From the IMG/VR virus record IMGVR_UViG_3300005533_000009, positions 1 through 64,000 of that record: DNA of 64,000 bases, one strand, 5' to 3'. The notes below the pieces were generated by a model. The model was not told the DNA's origin and did not search any database. It saw only the letters and a list, made by a program, of their open reading frames with translations. Below are positions 9,923-16,150 of this stretch, piece after piece (position 1 is the stretch's first letter; every line of letters starts with the position of its first letter). Position numbers and translations under genes: made by a program. The DNA is from a virus.

Positions 9923-10018
9923 TAAGTTGTTTATTATCAACACTTTATACTAATTACCACTCCTAAACCACTGAGCACCTAGTACTTATCTACTATACTA
10001 CTGATAATAAACAACTTA
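9923..10018. repeat. Perfect 17-bp inverted repeat with an IHF-consensus site; origin/terminus candidate
   Basis: TAAGTTGTTTATTATCA (9923-9939) / TGATAATAAACAACTTA (10002-10018); TATCAACACTTTA at 9935-9947 fits WATCAANNNNTTR. Confidence 0.7.
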
Positions 10019-10066
10019 AATACTATAGTATCTAATACATATGTGCCGGGGGAGAATCTATTTTCA

Positions 10067-10095
10067 ATAGTAGCATGTGATTTTGCAATTGTCAA
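10067..10095 (-). promoter_or_regulatory. Leftward sigma70 promoter for the replication module
   Basis: TTGACA-17 bp-TACTAT with TG extension. Confidence 0.8.
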
Positions 10096-10321
10096 CTTTT
10101 TAACTATTTTCTTTATTTTCATACAGATACAAAGAATATATGAAAAACAGTAATTGAAAATCATTTTCAAGATGGTGCAAGTCTTTTATTTTCATAAATA
10201 TATAAGGACGATTTTTTAGAATTTATTTTGAGTGTGATTTTTCATGTTATTTTAATTTGTTTAAAACTGATCTGCCCCAGACTCTGGGGCACATAGTTAA
10301 AATTTATTTTCATTCACCCCC

Positions 10322-10349
10322 TTGACAAATGGATTTCCGGGTTTATTAT
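10322..10349 (+). promoter_or_regulatory. Rightward sigma70 promoter, probably giving a leaderless mRNA
   Basis: TTGACA-16 bp-TATTAT; ATG 7 nt downstream with no SD. Confidence 0.7.
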
Positions 10350-10355
10350 TAAAGT

Positions 10356-10997
10356 ATGGAGAAGAACCAATTTACTCCCGAGGAATACAAAGCCCGTAGA
10401 CAAGAGATAAAAGAGCTTATTGAAAGCGGTGCTTCTCTCTCGGATATAGCAAGAAAATTTTCAATTTCACGAGAACGTGTACGACAATTGAATCATTCAC
10501 TAGGATTGCCCACCAAAAGAAGTTTGGTTGCTCAATATAAAGAAAAAGCTTTAGCTTTAATAAAAAGCAAAGAACTTCATGATACAGAAGTAGCTGATAT
10601 GACAGGATTATCCCCCACTACTGTAGGGTATATAAGAAAAAGAGACTTGGGTATTGACTCTATTGTAATTCGTAAAACTTTAAAACGACAATATCCAGCA
10701 GAGTTTAATGCGTATAGGATGGCTGAAAAAAGGTGTCAAGATAAGGACCACCCAAATTATAGTAGTTATGGTGGTAGAGGAATCCAGTTTAAATTTACAT
10801 CTTTTGGTGAATTTATGGCGGAATTGGGTCCAAAGCCTGCTGGAATAACACCTTCTGGAAGATCAGCATATAGCTTGAATCGCATTGATAACAATGGACA
10901 TTACGAAATAGGTAATGTGGAATGGACAACACAAGATGTACAATGTAGGAACAGAAGAAAACGGGTATTGACAAATTTAAAAAAATTACCCTATTGA
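10356..10997 (+). CDS. HTH (sigma region 4-like) plus HNH endonuclease fusion
   Basis: SLSDIARKFSISRERVRQL and a second HTH (EVADMTGLSPTTV); C-terminal YGGRGI..SLNRIDNNGHYEIGNVEWTT. Confidence 0.8.
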   Translation: MEKNQFTPEEYKARRQEIKELIESGASLSDIARKFSISRERVRQLNHSLGLPTKRSLVAQYKEKALALIKSKELHDTEVADMTGLSPTTVGYIRKRDLGIDSIVIRKTLKRQYPAEFNAYRMAEKRCQDKDHPNYSSYGGRGIQFKFTSFGEFMAELGPKPAGITPSGRSAYSLNRIDNNGHYEIGNVEWTTQDVQCRNRRKRVLTNLKKLPY

Positions 10998-11021
10998 TTT
11001 TCTCTATGAGTATGGTAATAT
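10994..11021 (+). promoter_or_regulatory. Putative promoter for the tRNA cluster
   Basis: TTGATT-16 bp-TAATAT with TG extension. Confidence 0.5.
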
Positions 11022-11270
11022 TGAATCAGCCCTAAATAGGGCTTGCATTGTTCGACATTCATGGGGGACGTGCCTATTAACTCCTTTCTCGCGCATATCG
11101 TCCCCCATTTCGATTTTTGTTGTATTCTTTCTGCGGCTGTGGCATCCTGTATGTGTAAGTCCAACCCGAGATACGACATTTAAACCTGTGGTCCCCTCTG
11201 CAACATTTGACAGAGGGGCAAGGTTTGTGCCAAAATGACATATAGTTTTGAATTTGCGTCTGTGGATGGA

Positions 11271-11753
11271 ATGAGACTAAAATATACTAAAGAAATTTTA
11301 GAGCCTGTAGTTAAAGAAAGTTTGTCTATGGCTCAGGTACTTAGAAAATTAGGAAAGAGACAATCTGGTGGGAATCACTTTCATGTGAAGAAGGTGATCG
11401 AAAAACTTGGAATTGATACGTCTCATTTTACAGGCAAATTATGGAATAAAGGAAAGACGCTTCCTTGTGTTAATCCAGAAGATATTCTGGTTTTGAGAAG
11501 CTATGATGATCCTAGAACACATGGTAAATCCTTAGAAAAAGCGTTAATATCTATTGGAAGAAAATACCAATGTGTTGACTGTGGCTTAGGAAATACATAT
11601 AACGACAAACCTATTAAGTTACAAGTAGATCATGAGAACGGTAAGTTTTGGGATAACAGAGAAGAAAATTTAAATTTTAGATGTCCAAATTGCCATTCTC
11701 AAACGAATAATTTTAGTGGTAGAAGTAGTAATAGTGCGCTTATGGTGGAATAA
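11271..11753 (+). CDS. HNH endonuclease ending inside tRNA-Leu
   Basis: CVDCG, LQVDHENG..DNREENLNFRCPNCHSQT; alternative start at 11235. Confidence 0.85.
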   Translation: MRLKYTKEILEPVVKESLSMAQVLRKLGKRQSGGNHFHVKKVIEKLGIDTSHFTGKLWNKGKTLPCVNPEDILVLRSYDDPRTHGKSLEKALISIGRKYQCVDCGLGNTYNDKPIKLQVDHENGKFWDNREENLNFRCPNCHSQTNNFSGRSSNSALMVE

Positions 11754-11821
11754 GCAGACACGTAAGGTTTAGACCCTTATGGTGAATAACCGTGGGAGTG
11801 CAAGTCTCTCTAGGCGCACCA
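11736..11821 (+). tRNA. tRNA-Leu(UAG)
   Basis: GCGCTTA/TAGGCGC-A-CCA; TAAGG-TTTAGAC-CCTTA; long V-arm. Confidence 0.9.
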
Positions 11822-11828
11822 AATTTTT

Positions 11829-11902
11829 GGATGTGTAGTTCAGTGGCAGAACACAATCTTGGTAAGATTGCAACGAAGGTTCGATTCCTTCCTAATCCTC
11901 CA
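11829..11902 (+). tRNA. tRNA-Thr(GGU)
   Basis: CAATC-TTGGTAA-GATTG; TTCGATT T-loop; two acceptor mismatches. Confidence 0.85.
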
Positions 11903-11903
11903 T

Positions 11904-11978
11904 GCGCTCGTGGCTCAATGGCACAGCAGCGGTTTTGTAAACCGCCATTTCTCAGTTCGACTCTGAGCGTGCGCTCCA
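11904..11978 (+). tRNA. tRNA-Thr(UGU)
   Basis: GCGGT-TTTGTAA-ACCGC; TTCGACT; CCA. Confidence 0.9.
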
Positions 11979-12025
11979 AATTGTAACAAAACCCCCTTTT
12001 GTGAGGGGTTTTGATGAAATAAAAT

Positions 12026-12100
12026 GCGCTTGTAATTTAATGGCGAGAATACCTCTTTCGTAAAGAGGCTGTGAAGGTCCGAATCCTTCCTTGCGCTCCA
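12026..12100 (+). tRNA. tRNA-Thr(CGU)
   Basis: CCTCT-TTCGTAA-AGAGG; CCA. Confidence 0.88.
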
Positions 12101-12177
12101 GTTTTGGGTGGGTGTAGACTATAAAGCCCTTCAAAATAGTGGTGCTTTCGTCTAACCACAGCCCAATAAATTTTTAT

Positions 12178-12253
12178 ACTCTGGTAGATTAGCGGCTAAA
12201 TCATCTGCCCTACAAGCAGACTACCGTAGGTTCGAGTCCTACCCGGAGTACCA
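12178..12253 (+). tRNA. tRNA-Val(UAC) with C33
   Basis: ACTCTGG/CCGGAGT-A-CCA; TCTGC-CCTACAA-GCAGA; GGTTCGAGTCC. Confidence 0.85.
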
Positions 12254-12259
12254 ATTTAT

Positions 12260-12380
12260 CCTAAGTCCTCATACGTACACAATAAGTTTAATATTGACTT
12301 ATTGTGATTAGTAAATTAGACTGTGCTAATGAGGCTGCTAAGATCAGAGGTAATGCTCCCGAATACTTAGGGTCTAACCA
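12260..12380 (+). ncRNA. Unidentified structured RNA within the tRNA cluster
   Basis: Nested stems CCTAAGT/ACTTAGG, CCTCAT/ATGAGG, CACAATAAGTT/GACTTATTGTG; loop TTAGAC complementary to 3' GTCTAA; ends in CCA. Confidence 0.45.
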
Positions 12381-12409
12381 ATTAAGTGCGTGAATAATCC
12401 GCATAGACT

Positions 12410-12489
12410 GTGACGATGGCAACTATGAGAATGTTGCGGCAGACTGTGAACCTGTCCTCTTGTCGGAGCATCCCCGACTCGTCACCCCA
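12410..12489 (+). tRNA. tRNA-His(GUG), atypical
   Basis: GTGACGA/TCGTCAC-C-CCA; loop CT-GTG-AA; T-loop AGCATCC; no encoded G-1. Confidence 0.75.
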
Positions 12490-12493
12490 TTAT

Positions 12494-12570
12494 GTACGTT
12501 TGGCGAAGTGGCTAAACGCGAACGGCTGCAACCCGTTTAAGCGTAGGTTCGAATCCTACAACGTACTCCA
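12494..12570 (+). tRNA. tRNA-Cys(GCA)
   Basis: GTACGTT/AACGTAC-T-CCA; AACGG-CTGCAAC-CCGTT. Confidence 0.92.
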
Positions 12571-12577
12571 TTTTTAC

Positions 12578-12635
12578 TGGCGGTTCGTTTAACAGAAACG
12601 TTTGAGGACGAGTTCAATTCTCGTACTTCGCTCCA
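12578..12635 (+). pseudogene. Truncated or chimeric tRNA remnant
   Basis: tRNA-like 5' start TGGCGGTTCGTTTAA joined to T-arm ACGAG-TTCAATT-CTCGT and ACTTCGC-T-CCA; no anticodon arm. Confidence 0.55.
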
Positions 12636-12637
12636 AA

Positions 12638-12713
12638 GCGAGGCTGGTGTTCAACAGCAGCATGTGAGTCTTCCAAACTCAGGGAAAGGGTGCAAGTCCC
12701 TTGCTTCGCTCCA
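12638..12713 (+). tRNA. tRNA-Gly(UCC)
   Basis: GCGAGGC/GCTTCGC-T-CCA; TGAGT-CTTCCAA-ACTCA. Confidence 0.9.
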
Positions 12714-12716
12714 AAT

Positions 12717-12792
12717 AGGTCATTGGTCTAACGGCTATGATATCCGCCTCCAAAGCGGTAAGGTGTGGGTTCGAATCCTGCATGACCTGCCA
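12717..12792 (+). tRNA. tRNA-Trp(CCA)
   Basis: AGGTCAT/ATGACCT-G-CCA; loop CT-CCA-AA. Confidence 0.92.
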
Positions 12793-12878
12793 AAGTTTCT
12801 CCAAACTTAAAATGGAGTGGTCGAAAAGTGTTCTTAACCGGGCTACTACTATTTATACTCTGAGAAAGAGAAGTAGTA

Positions 12879-13220
12879 ATGCCTTTAGCAACAAAAGAAT
12901 TACAGTCTGAGTATCAAAAGAAACATTATCGTTGGAATAAAGAAAGATATTTACAACGTAATATTGATAGAAGAAATAAATACAGACAAATAATACAAGA
13001 AGCCAAAGAAAATAAACCTTGCACTGATTGTGGAGTTTGTTACCACCCAGTAGCCATGGACTTTCACCATGTATTTCCAGCAGAGAAATCTTTTGAAATT
13101 TCTGATGCATGTAGAATAGCTTCTTCAGAAAAAGTTTTGAAGAATGAGATAGCAAAATGCATAATTTTATGTTCTAATTGCCATCGCATTCGAGAATTTA
13201 ATCTGTGTGTAGGATCGTAA
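12879..13220 (+). CDS. Small HNH endonuclease ending inside tRNA-Pro
   Basis: PCTDCG...MDFHH...EIAKCIILCSNCHR. Confidence 0.85.
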   Translation: MPLATKELQSEYQKKHYRWNKERYLQRNIDRRNKYRQIIQEAKENKPCTDCGVCYHPVAMDFHHVFPAEKSFEISDACRIASSEKVLKNEIAKCIILCSNCHRIREFNLCVGS

Positions 13221-13291
13221 ATAGCAGCGAGCCTCCCTTGGAAGGAGGTGTCAGTATGACCTTGGAGGTGCAAGTCCTCCCACGCAGACCA
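13203..13291 (+). tRNA. tRNA-Pro(UGG) with an abnormal long variable arm
   Basis: CTGTGTG/CACGCAG-A-CCA (C1:G72, A73); CCTCC-CTTGGAA-GGAGG; V-arm GTCA-GTA-TGAC; GGAGG-TGCAAGT-CCTCC. Confidence 0.75.
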
Positions 13292-13384
13292 TTTTGATTG
13301 TACAGTAGGACCATCTAAGCTATCATCCTACCAACGGTGCTGAAGTGCGCTTGAGAGTGATGGATAATGCACTGCGAATTTAAA

Positions 13385-13462
13385 GGTCTTTTAGGGGAGT
13401 CTGGAGTCCCCGGCTCTCTGTCTAAGAGCAGATCATGGGTTCAAATCCCATACGGTTCGCCA
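13385..13462 (+). tRNA. tRNA-Asp(GUC) with a poorly paired acceptor stem
   Basis: GCTCT-CTGTCTA-AGAGC; GGTTCAAATCC; G-CCA. Confidence 0.75.
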
Positions 13463-13469
13463 ATTTTAT

Positions 13470-13544
13470 TGCTGATTAGTTCAGTGGCAGAACGCCGCGC
13501 TCATAACGCGAATGTCGAAGGTTCGATTCCCTCATCAGCGACCA
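13470..13544 (+). tRNA. tRNA-Met/Ile2(CAU)
   Basis: TGCTGAT/ATCAGCG-A-CCA; loop CT-CAT-AA. Confidence 0.88.
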
Positions 13545-13547
13545 TAT

Positions 13548-13619
13548 TGCGGGGTAGTGTAGTAGAGCATCAAAGCCTCATAAGCTCTGGGACCAGTGCA
13601 ACTCTGGCGACCGCAACCA
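13548..13619 (+). tRNA. tRNA-Met(CAU), initiator-like but degenerate
   Basis: TGCGGGG start; loop CT-CAT-AA; ...CCGCA-A-CCA; mismatched stems. Confidence 0.65.
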
Positions 13620-13705
13620 TATTAACCCCACTAAAAACGTCCATGCCGAAAAATACGGGCGTTGACTCAGATACTTCGGCAATCCCTCTTCCCCAGAGGT
13701 CACCG

Positions 13706-14716
13706 ATGCAAAGAATACTATTTATCACTAAGAAAGGGCAGAAGTATTCTGAGGAATATGGGTATACTCACTGCTCAAGCGGATTAAAAAATTCAGCAAG
13801 GTTCGTAGTAGATATGCTACGAGCTAACGGCGTTGATGCAAAGTTAGTAGATGTTATTGACAATAATGATATTGACAGGGAAGTATTTAAGTTTAAACCT
13901 GATATAGTGATAATTGAAGCTCTTTGGGTAATTCCAGAAAAATTTAGCATTTTAAAAAAACTTCATCCCAAGGTTAAATGGGTAGTAAGAATACATAGCG
14001 AGGTTCCTTTTCTAGCTACTGAAGGTATTGCTATAAAATGGATTATAGAGTATTTAAGAAAGAACGTATTTGTTGCTTTTAATTCCCTTCGTGCTCAGTT
14101 TGAGTTTATGGAATTAACCAAGTCAGATAAAATCATTTATCTGCCTAACTTTTTTCCAACACACGATGTTAAAAAAAATAAAAAGCGCACATCTGACCAT
14201 ATTTTGAATGTGGGATGCTTTGGCGCAATTAGACCAATGAAAAATCAGCTTATGCAAGCCTTGGCAGCTATCCGATATGCCGAATTGCATGATAAATTTT
14301 TGGTATTTCACATAAATGCTTCTCGTGTAGAACAAAACGGTGAACCTGTGCTAGAAAATATTAGGGCACTATTTAAATACACTCCTAACACTTTTTTGGT
14401 AGAACATTCATGGTTAAATCAAAAGAATTTTCATGATTTACTACAAACCATGGATTTGAACATGTGTGTATCGTTAAGTGAAACGTTTTGTATTGTAGCA
14501 GCCGAATCGGTTGCACTGAATGTTCCTTTAGTATGCTCAGAAGAAGTTCATTGGGCTAACAAGATATCGAAGGCCGATCCTACTAGTATGAACAGCATAG
14601 TAAACCGAATAGAAGCTGTGTTGAATAATAAGATGTATGCAAACTTTATCAACAAGTACAACTTGAATAAATACGATAAGAAAAGTATTAATACATGGTT
14701 ACAGTTTGTAAAGTAA
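13706..14716 (+). CDS. Glycosyltransferase, GT-B/GT4-like
   Basis: FGAIRPMKNQ and SETFCIVAAESVALNVPLV motifs; SD AGAGGT before ATG 13706. Confidence 0.75.
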   Translation: MQRILFITKKGQKYSEEYGYTHCSSGLKNSARFVVDMLRANGVDAKLVDVIDNNDIDREVFKFKPDIVIIEALWVIPEKFSILKKLHPKVKWVVRIHSEVPFLATEGIAIKWIIEYLRKNVFVAFNSLRAQFEFMELTKSDKIIYLPNFFPTHDVKKNKKRTSDHILNVGCFGAIRPMKNQLMQALAAIRYAELHDKFLVFHINASRVEQNGEPVLENIRALFKYTPNTFLVEHSWLNQKNFHDLLQTMDLNMCVSLSETFCIVAAESVALNVPLVCSEEVHWANKISKADPTSMNSIVNRIEAVLNNKMYANFINKYNLNKYDKKSINTWLQFVK

Positions 14717-14727
14717 AATTTTAATGT

Positions 14728-14802
14728 GGGCGATTAGTTTATTCAGGAAAACTCTCGGTTTGCACCCGAGGGAGGGCGGAGCGTAGCCGCCATTGTCCAC
14801 CA
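14728..14802 (+). tRNA. tRNA-Ala(UGC)
   Basis: GGGCGAT/ATTGTCC-A-CCA with G3:U70; CTCGG-TTTGCAC-CCGAG; T-loop AGCGTAG. Confidence 0.85.
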
Positions 14803-14823
14803 AAATTTGTTGATTGGAAAACC

Positions 14824-14860
14824 GCCTCAGGGAGACTAAAAATCTCCTTGGGGCTTTTTT
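14824..14860 (+). terminator. Intrinsic terminator after the tRNA cluster
   Basis: GCCTCAGGGAGA-CTAAAAA-TCTCCTTGGGGC-TTTTTT. Confidence 0.8.
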
Positions 14861-14922
14861 ATTGCTTGACTCAGACCCACCTTGCTCGAAAGTCTATGAC
14901 GGTGAGCTTGGAGAGTCCATGC

Positions 14923-15267
14923 GTGAAATCGGATTATAAATTAAAAAAGCTGTATAGAGAACTTAACGAAAAATACTTTGATAATTCCCTACCAGATTTA
15001 CAAGTAGCCTTCTTTTCTCCAGAACATTTCAAACAAAAGAAATGGGGTGGAAAAATGACTGTGGCTGCAACAGAATTTCACGATAACAAGCCAGCAATAG
15101 TAGCTCTAAAAAAGCAAAAAGAAAATTGTTATACCGATATAAAACTGTCTTTATTACATGAGATGATCCATGTTAAGACGGGCATTATAAATTGCGAAAA
15201 AAGCAAAAAGTTTAAGAAAGAGATTCGTAGGCTTGCCGCAGAGGGAGCTTTCGACGACGTACTATAA
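14923..15267 (+). CDS. SprT-like zinc metalloprotease-family protein
   Basis: LY.ELN.KYFD.SLP and LLHEMIH (HExxH); start uncertain. Confidence 0.7.
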   Translation: MKSDYKLKKLYRELNEKYFDNSLPDLQVAFFSPEHFKQKKWGGKMTVAATEFHDNKPAIVALKKQKENCYTDIKLSLLHEMIHVKTGIINCEKSKKFKKEIRRLAAEGAFDDVL

Positions 15268-15285
15268 GACTCAGGAGACTAAAAT

Positions 15286-15627
15286 ATGTCAGTTGTTGAA
15301 GAAGTAAAAGCAGAAGTGGAAAAAGTTGTAGAAGAAGTTAAGAAAGTTGAAGATCGTGTTCGAATTGATCTTGAAGATGGTGAAAAGTTTGTTGTTACTA
15401 AACTAGAAAATGACTTCTTGAAGGCACAAGTAGAACTACAACAAATTGAAGCTCGTGCAAAGCACTTGAGAGAAGTGGCTCAGAACGTTTCCAAGGCTTA
15501 CACTACAAAGCTAGAAGAATTGGCAAAGAAATATGAAATCAGCTTGAAAGAATTCTTCTACAATGCCGTAGAAACTGCTTTTATGAAGAATCAGACCCCA
15601 CCTCCACAACCTCCAGCACAGGGATAA
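15286..15627 (+). CDS. Hypothetical coiled-coil protein
   Basis: ORF with strong SD. Confidence 0.7.
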   Translation: MSVVEEVKAEVEKVVEEVKKVEDRVRIDLEDGEKFVVTKLENDFLKAQVELQQIEARAKHLREVAQNVSKAYTTKLEELAKKYEISLKEFFYNAVETAFMKNQTPPPQPPAQG

Positions 15628-15630
15628 GCA

Positions 15631-16149
15631 ATGGAAGAAGACGTAAAGACGGAAGCGACTCCTCCTACGCCCACAGCTATCGTCATACGTAACAGAGATG
15701 GAAAGATTAGAACTGGGCTTAGAGACGAAGCGGGAAAATTTGTTAGAACCAAACCAAGATCAGTGCCAGATAGTAGAGAAATCAAAAAAGTAGGCAGAAA
15801 ATTCCTGATGGAGTATGAAGCCGATGAATCTGGTAAGATCACAAAGCGTTCTAAGACAAGACTCAGAAAGATAGTAGACACTGCTTATAAGCACGCCACG
15901 TATGATGGTGAAGATGCCAAGATGGTAGGTGCAGCTAAGCAGTGGGCGGATTGGTTAATGCTCTACTTTGTTGGAAAACCCGGCCCTATGGATGAAGACA
16001 GAGAAGAAAAGGGGCAGGGCATACAATTTGTTATTGGTATGATGCCAGAATTACCTAACAAAGAAGTTATTGACGAGCATGTTCCACCTTCAAAACCTAC
16101 TTTTGCTAAAGTAGTTTCAGTGGAGACTAATCCAGTAAATAAGGAATGA
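15631..16149 (+). CDS. Putative terminase small subunit
   Basis: Immediately upstream of terL; RDEAGKF motif; positional inference. Confidence 0.5.
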   Translation: MEEDVKTEATPPTPTAIVIRNRDGKIRTGLRDEAGKFVRTKPRSVPDSREIKKVGRKFLMEYEADESGKITKRSKTRLRKIVDTAYKHATYDGEDAKMVGAAKQWADWLMLYFVGKPGPMDEDREEKGQGIQFVIGMMPELPNKEVIDEHVPPSKPTFAKVVSVETNPVNKE

Positions 16150-16150
16150 A

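Noticed and set aside
12178-12253. Possible amber suppressor (CTA within the anticodon loop) and stop-codon recoding
   Set aside because: The 7-nt loop CCTACAA centres on TAC (Val); TAG and TGA end genes normally (e.g. terL ends TAG) and long genes are intact in code 11
12260-12380. Hammerhead ribozyme (GTC site, CTAATGAG, CGAATAC)
   Set aside because: Core deviates from CUGANGA and GAAA, and CCTCAT/ATGAGG pairing would sequester it
11740-12592. Short ORFs 11740-11979, 11792-11986, 11952-12134, 12410-12592 (also 1169-1552)
   Set aside because: Overlap tRNA genes and show no protein features
13203-13291. Reading this tRNA as Ser(GGA) because of its V-arm
   Set aside because: The CCTCC/GGAGG stem fixes the loop as CT-TGG-AA, and the acceptor has Pro determinants
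13367-13705. N-terminal 113 aa of ORF 13367-14716
   Set aside because: Runs through three tRNA genes; the SD and GT-like sequence begin at ATG 13706
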